Source of the DNA: an uncultured Chlorobiaceae bacterium
GTDB taxonomy: Bacteria; Bacteroidota; Chlorobiia; Chlorobiales; Chlorobiaceae
Length of the DNA: 64,000 nt
Assembly (NCBI GenBank): GCA_903840935.1
Contig: CAIMHT010000040.1
Coordinates: 1,592 to 65,591 of the forward strand
Direction of reading: 5' to 3'
How positions within the stretch are numbered: position 1 is the stretch's first letter; each line of letters starts with the position of its first letter. The translations under genes were made by a program, and so were the position numbers. The notes under the pieces are model-generated. The model had not been told where the DNA came from. It saw nothing but the letters and a program-made list of their open reading frames with translations, and did not search any database. Positions 18,178 through 28,948 of the stretch are shown here, piece after piece.

Positions 18178-20541
18178 ATGAAAGCCCTCCCGAGAAAGCT
18201 GCTGCGCGAACTGATGCGCCTCAAGGGGCAGATGCTTGCCGTTGCCGCTGTTGTGGCTTGCGGTATTTCGGTTTTTGTCTCCATGAGCAGTGTGAAGCAT
18301 TCGCTTGAGGTTTCGCGGCAGCGCTATTACAACCGCTTCCGCTTTGCAGATGTTTTTGTACAGGTCAAGCGTGCGCCGGAGTTTTACCGCGAAACGGTGA
18401 GCCGTATTCCGGGGGTGGCATCGGTCAGCACGCGCATTACGGCTGACGTTACGCTTGATGTTCCGGGTCTTGATGAGCCGGCAACGGCCAGGCTGGTGTC
18501 GATTCCCGAGTATCGGACGCCGGTGCTGAACGATCTTTTTCTGAAAAAGGGGCGCTATATCGAGCCGGGCAAGCCGGAAGAGGTGATTGCGAGTAAACCA
18601 TTTCTCGAAGCCAACCACCTTGTGCCCGGAGACCGGATCAGTGCGGTGATCAACGGACGAAAGAGGAATCTGCTGATTGTCGGCATGGGGCTCTCGCCGG
18701 AGTATATCTATGAGGTGCAGCCCGGCTCCTTTTTCCCCGACAAGCGGCGCTTTGGGGTTTTCTGGATGGGGCGTCGCTCGCTTGAGTCGGCGCTCGACAT
18801 GAGCGGGGCCTTCAACGACCTCTCACTGACGCTGGCTCACGGGGCATCGGAAAAAGATGTCATCATGCGGCTCGACAACCTCTTCAAGCGGTACGGTTCG
18901 CTTGGTGCCTACGGGCGGAGCGAACATCTTTCAGATCGTTTCATTGTTGATGAGATCAAGCAGGTCGGCATTCAGATTACCTTTCTTCCGGTTGTCTTTC
19001 TTGCCGTGGCGGTCTTTCTGCTCAATATTGTACTTCGTCGCATTGTAGCCACCCAGCGCGACCAGATTGCCGTGCTCAAGGCTATCGGCTACTCCAATGA
19101 GGATGTCGGGTTGCACTATCTCGGGTTTGCCATGATCCCCACGGCATTCGGGGCGATTGTTGGTACACTGCTCGGGGCGTGGCTTGGCAGGGGGCTGATG
19201 AACATCTATGCCGAGTTCTACAACTTTGCCGAACTGGTCTATTATTTCCGCTTCGAGGATGTTGCCCTCTCGGTTCTTTTGAGTTTTGCTGCGGCCATTT
19301 TTGGTGCTCTTGGCGCGGTTCGCAGCGCGGTACAACTCCCTCCGGCTGAGGCGATGCGCCCGGACTCTCCGGTGCTCTACAAGCCGGGCTTTTTCGATCG
19401 GGAGTCGTTACGCAAAAAAATCCCGGTCTCCCTGCGTATTATTGTGCGCAACCTGGAACGCCGTCCATGGAAAGCAGCGCTCTCTGTGCTGATGATCTCC
19501 CTTTCCGTTGCGATTCTCATTGCTGGCCGCTATACCTACGACTCCCTTGACCGGATGGTTCAGGTGGAGTTTACCGAAAAGCACCGCGAGGATGTTACCG
19601 TGATTTTCAATAACCCGATGCCTCCCTCGGTACGCTTTAACATTGCCTCGCTTGACGGGGTAATTGAACATGAATACTATCGTGAAGAGCCGGTGAAGAT
19701 GAGTTTCTCTCACCGTGTCCGTCGGCAGTCGATCAAAGGACTGGAGTCTGCCGAAGGATTGCAGCGACTCATTGACAAGGCAAACCGTCAGCTCAGGCTG
19801 CCCCCTGATGGTATACTGCTCACCTCTGCACTCGCAGAGCTTCTCGGAGTCAAGCCGGGCGACAAGCTGCAGATTGATTTTCTGCAGGGGCGGCAGCGTC
19901 ACCGGGAGTTGCTTGTCAGTGGAACCATCGATGAAATTCTCGGTCTTTCGGCCTACATGAATCTTGGTGCTCTGAACCGTCTGGCGGGGGATGGCGGAGC
20001 GCTGAACGCGGCATATTTGCGTCTCGATCAGGCCAAAGCCGGAAAGCTCTACACGACGTTCAAAAAGATGCCGGGAGTTTCGGGCATCATGATGCTGAAG
20101 GCGATGAAGCAGAGCTTTGATGAGCTGATTGCCCAGAGCATGAACACCTCCACCGTCATTCTCACCTCTTTTGCCTGTGTACTGGCTTTTGCGGTGGTCT
20201 ACAACGGCGCCCGCATCTCGCTTTCCGAGCGGGCACGCGAACTGACAAGCCTTCGGGTGCTCGGTATGACAAAAGGGGAAATCTCCTTGATTTTACTTGG
20301 AGAACAGGCGCTGCTGACAATGGCGGCCATACCGGTCGGATTTTTGATTGGTATCGGGCTCTCTGCACTGCTTGCCCATGCGCTCAGCTCAGAACTTTAC
20401 CGGTTGCCATTGGTTTTCAGCGCCTTTAACTTTCTCTTTGCCTTTATGGTTATAGTTCTTGTCTCGGTGGTCTCCGCCATTCTCGTCAGAAGGCGGCTTA
20501 CAAACCTTGATATGGTAGAGGTTTTAAAAACAAGGGAATAG
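18178..20541 (+). CDS. FtsX/MacB-like ABC permease (duplicated architecture)
   Basis: Two repeats with QIAVLKAIGYS and ELTSLRVLGMT motifs; multiple TM segments. Confidence 0.92.
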   Translation: MKALPRKLLRELMRLKGQMLAVAAVVACGISVFVSMSSVKHSLEVSRQRYYNRFRFADVFVQVKRAPEFYRETVSRIPGVASVSTRITADVTLDVPGLDEPATARLVSIPEYRTPVLNDLFLKKGRYIEPGKPEEVIASKPFLEANHLVPGDRISAVINGRKRNLLIVGMGLSPEYIYEVQPGSFFPDKRRFGVFWMGRRSLESALDMSGAFNDLSLTLAHGASEKDVIMRLDNLFKRYGSLGAYGRSEHLSDRFIVDEIKQVGIQITFLPVVFLAVAVFLLNIVLRRIVATQRDQIAVLKAIGYSNEDVGLHYLGFAMIPTAFGAIVGTLLGAWLGRGLMNIYAEFYNFAELVYYFRFEDVALSVLLSFAAAIFGALGAVRSAVQLPPAEAMRPDSPVLYKPGFFDRESLRKKIPVSLRIIVRNLERRPWKAALSVLMISLSVAILIAGRYTYDSLDRMVQVEFTEKHREDVTVIFNNPMPPSVRFNIASLDGVIEHEYYREEPVKMSFSHRVRRQSIKGLESAEGLQRLIDKANRQLRLPPDGILLTSALAELLGVKPGDKLQIDFLQGRQRHRELLVSGTIDEILGLSAYMNLGALNRLAGDGGALNAAYLRLDQAKAGKLYTTFKKMPGVSGIMMLKAMKQSFDELIAQSMNTSTVILTSFACVLAFAVVYNGARISLSERARELTSLRVLGMTKGEISLILLGEQALLTMAAIPVGFLIGIGLSALLAHALSSELYRLPLVFSAFNFLFAFMVIVLVSVVSAILVRRRLTNLDMVEVLKTRE

Positions 20542-20544
20542 ATT

Positions 20545-21708
20545 ATGGTACTTTCAAAAACACAGCGCATTACCGCGATATCGGTTGCAGTGGCTGCGCT
20601 CATTCTTTTTTTTGTCTTCCGGCCATCGCCGCTTCCGGTAGATTCTGGTGTGGTGAGGCGCGGCCCGCTGCAGGTAACGCTTGAAGGGGAGGGAGTCACC
20701 CGGGTGAATGATCGCTTTGTAATTGCCGCTCCGGTCAGCGGAGAGTTGATGAGGGTAGAGCTCGAAGAGGGTGACAGCGTCCGCAAAGGGAGCGTGGTGG
20801 TTTCGCTGCTTCCTGCGCAACTCGACAGCCGTGAGTACCGTGAAGCCTCTGCCAGATCGGGGGGCGCCCGGGCCGCTCTTGACGAGGCGATTGCCCGGCA
20901 ACGCCGGGCTGATCTCACCCTTGCACAGGCAGAACGCCGCTTCGGGCGTTACCGTAACCTCTATGGTGAGGGAGCGGTTTCAAAGGAGGCTTATGAACTT
21001 GCAGAAAACGAGGCTCAAACGTTGCGGAAAGAGAGTCAGGCCGCCCGGTCAGGGGTTGAAGCGGCTCGCTATAACTATGGCGCACTTCAGGCTCCTGTTG
21101 ACCGGCAGTTGTCAAAAAAACCGGTGAAGGTGCTCTCTCCGGTTGATGGTAAGGTGCTTCGTATCCATGAGCAAAGTGAGCGGGTTGTGATCGCCGGTTC
21201 ACCGCTGGTCGATATTGGCGACCCTTCGGCCATTGAAATAGTGATCGATCTGCTCTCTTCCGATGCCATCAGGGTAAAGCCGGGTAACAGGGTGATAATC
21301 ATGGACTGGGGCGGTGAGCGGGAGCTGCACGGGGTGGTCAAAACGGTTGGGCCTGCCGCCTTTACCAAAACCTCGGCACTCGGCATCGAAGAGAAACGGG
21401 TGAATATTGTGGCTGTTCTCAGCAGGAATGAGCCGCTGCTTGGTGATAATTTTCGTGTCCAGGCAAGCATTGTGCTTCGTGAAGCGACCGATGTGCTTCA
21501 GGTGCCGGTCAGCAGTCTTTTTCGTGGCAAAGAGGGGTGGCATCTTTTTGTTCTTGAGGATGGCCGGGCAGTTGATAAAGCGGTCACGGTCGGGATGCGG
21601 GGAACTTTGCAGGCTCAGGTGCTTGCAGGGGTCAAGGTGGGGCAGCGTGTGGTGGTGCATCCCACCAATGAACTCAAGGATGGCATGTCGGTAACGGCTC
21701 AGGAGTGA
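20545..21708 (+). CDS. Efflux periplasmic adaptor (membrane fusion protein)
   Basis: N-terminal TM, lipoyl-like halves (IAAPVSG, VLSPVDGKV), helical hairpin, VPVSSLF. Confidence 0.92.
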   Translation: MVLSKTQRITAISVAVAALILFFVFRPSPLPVDSGVVRRGPLQVTLEGEGVTRVNDRFVIAAPVSGELMRVELEEGDSVRKGSVVVSLLPAQLDSREYREASARSGGARAALDEAIARQRRADLTLAQAERRFGRYRNLYGEGAVSKEAYELAENEAQTLRKESQAARSGVEAARYNYGALQAPVDRQLSKKPVKVLSPVDGKVLRIHEQSERVVIAGSPLVDIGDPSAIEIVIDLLSSDAIRVKPGNRVIIMDWGGERELHGVVKTVGPAAFTKTSALGIEEKRVNIVAVLSRNEPLLGDNFRVQASIVLREATDVLQVPVSSLFRGKEGWHLFVLEDGRAVDKAVTVGMRGTLQAQVLAGVKVGQRVVVHPTNELKDGMSVTAQE

Positions 21709-21791
21709 GTGTTCGAATTGCTCTGGCAGTGAGGAGTCGGTGAAAAAGAGCGCTTGCACGTTTCCCGGCACGGATTAACTTTACCCGCACT

Positions 21792-23141
21792 ATGAGCAAC
21801 AATAAAACAACAGCAGAAACAGCGGGTCAGCCGCATTCCACGATTCTCATTATTGGCGGTGGTGCAGCAGGGATTGCTGCGGCCATTGCCGCTCGTCGAA
21901 GCGCGAAAGCTTCCGGCGAGCCCTGTTCCATAACCCTCCTTGAGCGGAATGCCCGTCCGGGGACGAAAATCAGGATATCGGGAGGCGGAAAATGCAATGT
22001 GACGCATCGGGGAACTCCGGCAGAGCTGCTTGAGCAGGGTTTTTTACGTCGCAATGAAGCGCGTTTTTTGCGTCACGCCTTTTACAGCTTTTCAAACAGC
22101 GACCTTCTTGCCCTTCTGGGTTCGCGGGGTGTTGAGACAGAAGAGCGGCCTGACGGTAAGGTATTTCCCCTCAGCGGAGATGCGGCAACAGTGGCCCGCG
22201 CCTTTGAGGAGCTGCTGCGGGAGTCGAGGGTGGAGCAGCACTATTCCAGTCGGGTTCGGCGTGTCGAACGCAAGGGTGAGCTCTTTGTTGTAACCACTGC
22301 CGACAAGGCCTTCACGGCAGATTGCCTCATTCTTGCAACCGGTGGAGTCTCCTGGTCAAGAATCGGTACATCGGGTGACGGCCTTGCAATTGCCCGTGCG
22401 CTTGGCCATACCATAACAAAGCCTTCGGCAGCTCTGGCCCCGTTGTTCACCTTGAATGCTCCTCCCGCCTCTCTTTCCGGGCTGGCGCTGCGCTCAATTA
22501 CTCTGGTTGCCACTGCCGGGGGGAGGAGTGTGGAGCGTCGTGGCGACCTGCTCTTTACGCACCGTGGCTTCAGTGGCCCGGCGGCACTTTCGCTTTCGCG
22601 CGATGTTGCGGAACTGATGGGTGAATCGGGCAATTGCGCTCTCTTTGCTGATCTTTTTGCCGAACAAAGCAGCGCTGAACTTGAGGCCGAGCTTTTGAAA
22701 CAGGGACGCAAAAGTGGTGCACAGATGGTGCGCAAATTTCTGCAAAGCTGTCCGATAGCTCCCCCCAACGGTTCTTTTGGAACAGCTCCGCACGGCACGA
22801 TTCCCACGGCTCTTGTGCCCTTCATTATGCTCCATGCAGGCCTTGAAAATGATGTCACCTGGAGCAAACTTGTGCGGGAAAAACGCCATTCGCTGCTCTC
22901 GGTGCTCAAGCGATTTCCGCTTGGCAGTGTGCGTGAGGTGCCGCTTGACCAGGGCGAAATCTCTGCAGGAGGGGTTTCGCTGGGGGAGGTGAACCCCAAA
23001 ACGATGTCTTCAAGGGTTGTGCCGCACCTTTTTCTCTGCGGCGAACTCCTCGACTATGCCGGTGAGATTGGCGGCTTTAACCTGCAGGCAGCATTCTCCA
23101 CCGGCTGGATTGCAGGCGTGAATGCGGCGAAGGCAGGGTGA
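21792..23141 (+). CDS. HI0933/BaiN-family flavoprotein
   Basis: IIGGGAAG, GTKIRISGGGKCNVT, LATGG, LFTHRGFSGPA and GEIGGFNLQAAFSTG motifs. Confidence 0.93.
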   Translation: MSNNKTTAETAGQPHSTILIIGGGAAGIAAAIAARRSAKASGEPCSITLLERNARPGTKIRISGGGKCNVTHRGTPAELLEQGFLRRNEARFLRHAFYSFSNSDLLALLGSRGVETEERPDGKVFPLSGDAATVARAFEELLRESRVEQHYSSRVRRVERKGELFVVTTADKAFTADCLILATGGVSWSRIGTSGDGLAIARALGHTITKPSAALAPLFTLNAPPASLSGLALRSITLVATAGGRSVERRGDLLFTHRGFSGPAALSLSRDVAELMGESGNCALFADLFAEQSSAELEAELLKQGRKSGAQMVRKFLQSCPIAPPNGSFGTAPHGTIPTALVPFIMLHAGLENDVTWSKLVREKRHSLLSVLKRFPLGSVREVPLDQGEISAGGVSLGEVNPKTMSSRVVPHLFLCGELLDYAGEIGGFNLQAAFSTGWIAGVNAAKAG

Positions 23142-23165
23142 TGAGTTGTCAGTATCAGTAAAAAT

Positions 23166-24101
23166 TTATTCTGAGCATGAGTACATGGGCTCTTTGGTTA
23201 CGGCGTCCATCATTCGTACCTCAAACCGGTAGGCTTCGATGTCGAAGGAGAACTTCGGATTATCGTGAAAGATGACCTGCCTCTTTTCGAAGCGTACCTT
23301 CATCGGTATGCTTACCTTGCGCTCATCACCACAGACGTTGTTCTTTACTCCTGGATGGAAGAGCTCTGCCGCACCCCCGGACGCAGAGACATGGATGGCA
23401 TGGTCTACCGTACTGAGCGCCTCTATGGAGCCGTCCTCTGCAAGCTGGACGGAGTTGACGTCACCGTGAATCCCGTTCGGCTCGTTATCGTAGGAGGAAA
23501 TTATCCCGATCGGGGTAGGGATATCCATTTTTTTGAGTGGCCCAAAGGAACGGATTGCCCCAGACTCATAGAAGGCCAGCCCTTTTCTCACCGTGACAGC
23601 GCCCATCGGCGTATCAATCGTCAGGGTCTGGCCCGGCCAGAGGGTGATGCTTTTCAGCGCACCACTTTCGTAAAACTGCAAGCCAATCACCTTGGCAGCA
23701 AGGTTTCCCACCGGAGAACGGAAGAAGAGGCTAGTGGCAAGGGCAAACTCGTTCTTCCACGACCAGAAACCGCTCAGTTTGCCGTCAAGCGGAAAGATAC
23801 GTTTGATGCTGCCATTTTTATGGAAGGTAACCAGCTCGGCAGGTATAGGCCCGACCGTTGTTTTGAGCATGGTTTGCGATTGCAGGGCAATTGATTTCAG
23901 TGCACCATCTTTATAAAAGTACATCGGCTTGACGGTGCGCCGCCCCATGTCCTCCGCTTCGTATTGGGGCACCAGCGTGCCGTAGGGGGTGGTCAGGCTG
24001 TTGGCCTCGGTGACCAGGCAGCCATCCGTTTTGCCGTTTGAATAGAGGGTGCGAAACTCGACACCCGAAAGGTCGCCGTATATGGTCCTGACAGTGCTCA
24101 T
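23166..24101 (-). CDS. Hypothetical protein with repeated FYxSGxLKSI..TPxG units (MORN-variant-like)
   Basis: Repeats FYKDGALKSI, FHKNGSIKRI, FYESGALKSI and FYESGAIRS; RBS AGGAGAG. Confidence 0.85.
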   Translation of the reverse strand: MSTVRTIYGDLSGVEFRTLYSNGKTDGCLVTEANSLTTPYGTLVPQYEAEDMGRRTVKPMYFYKDGALKSIALQSQTMLKTTVGPIPAELVTFHKNGSIKRIFPLDGKLSGFWSWKNEFALATSLFFRSPVGNLAAKVIGLQFYESGALKSITLWPGQTLTIDTPMGAVTVRKGLAFYESGAIRSFGPLKKMDIPTPIGIISSYDNEPNGIHGDVNSVQLAEDGSIEALSTVDHAIHVSASGGAAELFHPGVKNNVCGDERKVSIPMKVRFEKRQVIFHDNPKFSFDIEAYRFEVRMMDAVTKEPMYSCSE

Positions 24102-24153
24102 GATCTCTCCTGTTGTTGTTTTCGACTCTTTTCACTTTCCTCTTCTATTTAAT

Positions 24154-24170
24154 CGCAATTATCGTGCCAA
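24154..24170 (-). promoter_or_regulatory. Sigma-54 (-24/-12) promoter
   Basis: Minus strand reads TTGGCACGATAATTGCG, matching TGGCACG-N4-TTGC, about 53 bp upstream of the ATG at 24101. Confidence 0.75.
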
Positions 24171-24436
24171 AAAATGGGTACATGGCACAAGAGGCAATGT
24201 TACAAGAGGTTGGCTCTTTATTTCTCTGGCGAAGAAGGCTGAAAAGAGCTACAAAAAGGTAGGAATAACCGGATGAGCTGCATTATGGTAGAAAACAAGG
24301 CTTAAGATGTCCATTCTGCTTTTTCGAGGCCTGCTGGCAGGGTGAGTTACCTCAAGTCTGCCGAAAGTTGCGGGTAGTGACTGTATTTGCAGCAACGCTG
24401 GAAGTGAAGTTGCTGCACTGTTCTAATAGATCAAGC

Positions 24437-24955
24437 TTATTGATAGGATACGGTCACCTGAAAGGTTCCTGTATAGTTACCGGGAGGCTGGTTTGGTTCG
24501 ATCTGCAGCGTTCCTCCAACAGTGAATATAGCCAGACCATCAGCTCCCAGTTTTGCAGAGCCAGAGGGGGGGTATACGGTAAAGCTCTGCACCTTCATAA
24601 TGTTGCTGCCGCTGGAGATATTGATGGTATCGGTATCGGGCAAGGTGACCGTGTAGACGGCATTGGCTGCACCGGATATGTTGAATGATGCAGCTCCGGA
24701 GGTTGAGGCGACAAGCACCACACCGCCATTACGTGTGCGATTGGAGGTTGACGGGGAAATGGTCACCGTGCCTGATGACTCCCCTGGTACGATAACACCA
24801 AAAGCAAGATCGCCATTGGTATCAGTATTTGTATTTTTGGACGCAGAAATAGCCGTCAATATTGTCGCTGTGGCTCTGCCCTCAGCGGCCTGTGCCTTAT
24901 TTCCGGAAGAGAATAATGCCAAAAGGCAGGAGAGAACTATAACCTTGTTTTTCAT
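24437..24955 (-). CDS. DUF4402-type secreted pilin-like subunit (5th in operon order)
   Basis: Signal peptide; DLAFG.I.PG..GTV; C-terminal FTVGGTL..QPPGNYTGTFQVTVSYQ. Confidence 0.85.
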   Translation of the reverse strand: MKNKVIVLSCLLALFSSGNKAQAAEGRATATILTAISASKNTNTDTNGDLAFGVIVPGESSGTVTISPSTSNRTRNGGVVLVASTSGAASFNISGAANAVYTVTLPDTDTINISSGSNIMKVQSFTVYPPSGSAKLGADGLAIFTVGGTLQIEPNQPPGNYTGTFQVTVSYQ

Positions 24956-25128
24956 GGGTAACCTCCCATTTTACTTCCATGACGGAGCCCCCCTCTACGC
25001 AAACGATGATAATAGCACTTAATCACTTCATTATAATGCGGATATCAGATTGAAGTCAAACCATCATATATAAAGGTATAAATGATTTCGATGAAAGCAA
25101 ACCGGGAATGAATAAAAGTTTACCCTGT

Positions 25129-27927
25129 TCAGGGCAGGGGAGTTTGTATCGGTGTCTCTTTGCCGGGTTCTACGGGAGCTTCGCCAGTTGGTTCTTCCGG
25201 GGTATCCCCATTCGATGGAGCGGGAAGCTCCTCCAGTACCAGATTGATATTGTCGATGTATGAGCCCTCTGGCGGGATGGTTACCTGCTGTAGCGGTGAG
25301 GTGATTCCCAGTTTTGTTGCCTGATCGGGCGATATGCGCACAATGTACTTGCCGGTTGGCAACGATCCGAGAATGTAGAGCCCGTCATATTCCGACCGAG
25401 CCTTTCCGATAACCTTGTCCTCCATGTTGATCGCTTCTATGCTGATCCCTGAAGCGGGGCTGTTAACACCCTCTTTTTTTCTGTAGACCGTCCCGCTTAT
25501 TTCACCTGTGACCCATACAGGGAATTTTACCTGTACGGCATAGCCCGGCCGGGGCACCACACGAACCCCCTTGTCGGCTGGCACCCAGAGCAGATCTTTC
25601 AATGTTGAGGGCGAAAGGGCGATATCGGTGGGAGTGTTTGGCGAAATTCCTTGGAGAAAGGCCGTGCCGTTTGAACCGGTTACGGTGCGGTGGCTTTGCT
25701 GGTTGACAAAAAATCCGGCATCCTTGATGGTGCTCTCCCCCGCGTCCCACTCCCGGTTGCGATTGCTGTCGAGATAGGCAAGGGCGGATATTGCTGCCTG
25801 TTGGCTGCTCATGCGGCCGTCGGTTATCCATTGGCTGCTTTGTCCCTCGTGGCTGATATTGGTTGAGAGCTGTAAGCCCACACTCCAGGCTCCGCTGGCA
25901 GCATAGTTGCCCGTAACTCCCATTGCCATGGCGCGGAAGGTATGGTTGAGCCCCATCGAGGCGGTCACAGCCTTGCTCAGGGGAGTGTAGGCAATGGTGT
26001 TGACCAGCATCCACTCATGTGGCAGGTGCAGCTCGCAGGTGGTTCCAACCGTGTTGATTATTCTCTCGGGCAGGAGCCTGTAGTCGACTTCAGCCCTGAA
26101 GATGAGGCTCCTGTGCGACATGCTCGCATAAGAGCTGCCCGAAACGGCATCACTCTCCTTGCCACCCTCCGCTGTCCGCTCCACGGTCACCGTGTGTCGG
26201 TGATCGATGCCCCATGTCCGCTGGCTGCTCGTGATGATGGCACTTTTTGATGTGCGAAGCTCGTCATACTCGGTTTGGGCCAGCGCCATGGAGAAGCGCG
26301 AATTGGTCAAAAAGAAGAGGGGGTTGAGACCGTCGAGGCGAACATCCCACTTCCTCAGGTAAGAGATTGTTCCGGTTGTTGTATGCCAATCCTTGTCATA
26401 GTCTTGCACGGTGGCGGAGAGGCTGATCGGTCCCAGACTCGTCTGGGCACCTGCCTGCCGGGCCAACTGACTGGTGGCCAGATTACGGGCCATCTGGAGG
26501 TCAAGCTGTATCATCCTGAGATATCCGCTGAAACCAGCCCCTGCAAAGTTCTGCCGCTGGCCGCCGATGATGGCTGAGGTGAGATAGTTGGATTCAGTGA
26601 GCAACTTGCTGACGCCGAAGGTGCTTTTCCATGTCAGGAGAGGTGCAGGGTCACCGGTTGGCGAGGTGAGCAGTGAACGCAGCGAAGCGTTGGATGCGGT
26701 GAACTGGTAGTTGAAGCTTCCCGGTTCAATCATGTTGCGCCCGACGTTGTAGATATGACTTTCAATCCGCTTTTCGCCCTGGGGGCCGTGGAAGATAAGG
26801 CGCAGTTCATTGAGGCCGTAGATGAGGGGGATATCGACAAATGCATAGCTCTCCTGCGGATTTGAGGGGCGGTAATCGAGCAGGTTGGCATTACTGTAGA
26901 GCTCCACATCCCACCCCTTGGCCAAAAAACCGCGCAGGGTGAGCTTGTCAAACAATGAGGATTGATTGAGCGGGTAGTTGCTGACCATGAAACCGGCCCC
27001 TACACTGCTGCCAATCAGTGGCAGCGCCTCAGGCTGGATATCCCCGATGGCAACCTTGCGGGCATCAAGCAGGGCCAACATGCCGCCCGAAGGTTGTTCC
27101 CGGTCAAGGAGCGCTAAGCTGTTCGTAATGCCGATAATTGGTTTCCCTGTAGCCGCAATTTGCCCTGAAAGATCAAGCCGCCCGCTCATCCAGAGAAAGT
27201 CGCCGGTGAGGCGGGTGTAATAGCTGCTGTTTACGGGATTTATTTTTCCAAACCCCTCACCGGTCAGCGAAGAGGAGAGAGAGAGGTCGATGCTCGGGCC
27301 AGCAAGGAGGCGGTAGGGAGTGTAAAGCAGTGGATAGCCGGAATCCTTGTAATTTCCGTAACCCCAGGTATTGGAGCCGCGCTGGCTTCGCGCCATGCGT
27401 TCCTGTATGGGTAGCGGCATAAAGGGTCGGATATCGACTGCTGCATCGAAGCGGTTGGCCTCGATGCGCATCGAAAGCCATTCTGCAAGCAGCCCGCTTT
27501 CAACATAGATATCGTCCGGGAGGGCAACCACCAGCGCCGGGTTGTACCGGTATGATTTACCGGAGACGGTAATGGAGGCGCTGGCCATGTCGAGGCGGAA
27601 AGGTTGTGAAGGGTTGGCTACATGGCCAGTTCCGCTCCGTTTGGCGGGGTCAACGGTAATGCCGAGCTCGAGGCTGCGGCTCAGTTCGCCAAGGGGGAGA
27701 AAGAGCCCCGGATGGGCTGTGTAGGTGACCAGGTTTCCTTCAAGGGTCGCTCCGCCCAGACGAACAACGCAGAGCAGCATAAAGTCATCACTCAGGGTGG
27801 TTGGCTGCCCTGCAATTTTGCTCTCTTCACCATGCAGAAGCCTTGTCAGGGAGGCGTTCAGAAGGCAGAGCCAGAAGAGCAAAAGAAGTGAACGCTGTAA
27901 AACTCTGAAAAAATTATGCAATGACAA
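25129..27927 (-). CDS. Usher-like outer-membrane protein with C-terminal SdrD-B/carboxypeptidase-regulatory-like Ig domains (start uncertain)
   Basis: Signal-like N-terminus; VELYSN..LL and PLIYGLNELRLIFHGPQGE usher-like segment; amphipathic strands; YLDSNRNREWDAGE; EYDGLYILGSLPTGKY. Confidence 0.75.
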   Translation of the reverse strand: MSLHNFFRVLQRSLLLLFWLCLLNASLTRLLHGEESKIAGQPTTLSDDFMLLCVVRLGGATLEGNLVTYTAHPGLFLPLGELSRSLELGITVDPAKRSGTGHVANPSQPFRLDMASASITVSGKSYRYNPALVVALPDDIYVESGLLAEWLSMRIEANRFDAAVDIRPFMPLPIQERMARSQRGSNTWGYGNYKDSGYPLLYTPYRLLAGPSIDLSLSSSLTGEGFGKINPVNSSYYTRLTGDFLWMSGRLDLSGQIAATGKPIIGITNSLALLDREQPSGGMLALLDARKVAIGDIQPEALPLIGSSVGAGFMVSNYPLNQSSLFDKLTLRGFLAKGWDVELYSNANLLDYRPSNPQESYAFVDIPLIYGLNELRLIFHGPQGEKRIESHIYNVGRNMIEPGSFNYQFTASNASLRSLLTSPTGDPAPLLTWKSTFGVSKLLTESNYLTSAIIGGQRQNFAGAGFSGYLRMIQLDLQMARNLATSQLARQAGAQTSLGPISLSATVQDYDKDWHTTTGTISYLRKWDVRLDGLNPLFFLTNSRFSMALAQTEYDELRTSKSAIITSSQRTWGIDHRHTVTVERTAEGGKESDAVSGSSYASMSHRSLIFRAEVDYRLLPERIINTVGTTCELHLPHEWMLVNTIAYTPLSKAVTASMGLNHTFRAMAMGVTGNYAASGAWSVGLQLSTNISHEGQSSQWITDGRMSSQQAAISALAYLDSNRNREWDAGESTIKDAGFFVNQQSHRTVTGSNGTAFLQGISPNTPTDIALSPSTLKDLLWVPADKGVRVVPRPGYAVQVKFPVWVTGEISGTVYRKKEGVNSPASGISIEAINMEDKVIGKARSEYDGLYILGSLPTGKYIVRISPDQATKLGITSPLQQVTIPPEGSYIDNINLVLEELPAPSNGDTPEEPTGEAPVEPGKETPIQTPLP

Positions 27928-28103
27928 CTTGGCTCTCGGCGAGTACCTGTTCAGTGCTGTTTTCCTGATTGCTGTTGTGAGCGATCAGATGCAGCAAAGA
28001 TAAACCATAGTCTACAAAAGAGAACATTACTTTCCAAAAAGGCACAGGTCGAAATGGCTACGCCAAAAGGGAGAATGGATTCTTGCTGTTGCCCACGAAC
28101 AAC

Positions 28104-28634
28104 TCAGTTATAAGCTGCGGTCACCGTAAACGTGCCGGTATAGGAGCCCGGTGTCTGATCGGCAGCAACATGAAGCTTTCCACCAACCTTGAATGAACCT
28201 CCTGTTCCAACAAGTGTACCCGTTACCACAGGTCCTGTTCCTGATAATGTCGAGGTAAAGGTATCCACAGTCATTGTCTCCGTGCCACCTGTTTTGGTGA
28301 TCGTGGTCGTTGTGGGTAATGTTACCGCGTAGGTTGCATTCGATTCACCGGAGAGCGTAAATGCTGCCGGGCCGTATGTTGAGGAGATCACCTGCACACC
28401 TGACGCGGTACGTGCGCCACTGCCGAAGGGATTGATGACCACCGTACCGCCGACAGCATTTGGCACAACGGAGCCAAAGGCCAAGTCACCAAATGTCGAG
28501 GTCGTTACATCCTTGGTGATGGTTAGTGAGCCTATGATTTTTGCCGTAGCGTTGGCCGTGCCATCTGCCTTCACATCACTCCCGAAAGCGAACAACGCCG
28601 CCAGGCAGGAGATTGCTATAATGTTCTTTTTCAT
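28104..28634 (-). CDS. DUF4402-type pilin-like subunit (4th)
   Basis: Strong RBS GAGGGAGG; MKKNIIAISCL signal; DLAFG motif; ends GSYTGTFTVTAAYN. Confidence 0.88.
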   Translation of the reverse strand: MKKNIIAISCLAALFAFGSDVKADGTANATAKIIGSLTITKDVTTSTFGDLAFGSVVPNAVGGTVVINPFGSGARTASGVQVISSTYGPAAFTLSGESNATYAVTLPTTTTITKTGGTETMTVDTFTSTLSGTGPVVTGTLVGTGGSFKVGGKLHVAADQTPGSYTGTFTVTAAYN

Positions 28635-28948
28635 GATTATTCCTCCCTCATTGTGCAAAAATTTCAATTCTTTATGCTCTTTAACCTAAACAGAGAATAT
28701 ATAACATATCACCGTTAATATAGTTTTTATATATATTTTTCGCAACGGGTTCGGATGAATAATGCGTATTATTTCTGTTTTTGTAAATCTTTTGGGAGAA
28801 ACACCTCTTCCTTTGTGGTTGTATCGTGTCAAGAGAGCAGGGGAGCATAAGCAGATTGGTGGCCAGCCAATCCTTAGAGAAGAGGATTGGGCTGGCCAAA
28901 AAAGTTTGATCGCGGGGGATTCTTGCCTGGGAGTAAAAGAGAAACTGA

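Noticed and set aside
24175-24340. NifA upstream activator site for the sigma-54 promoter
   Set aside because: No TGT-N10-ACA found; only a short ACAAGAGG direct repeat.
24388-24417. TGCAGCAAC/GTTGCTGCA inverted repeat as terminator of the pilus operon
   Set aside because: The inverted repeat is real, but it has a 12-nt loop and no T-tract; function unsupported.
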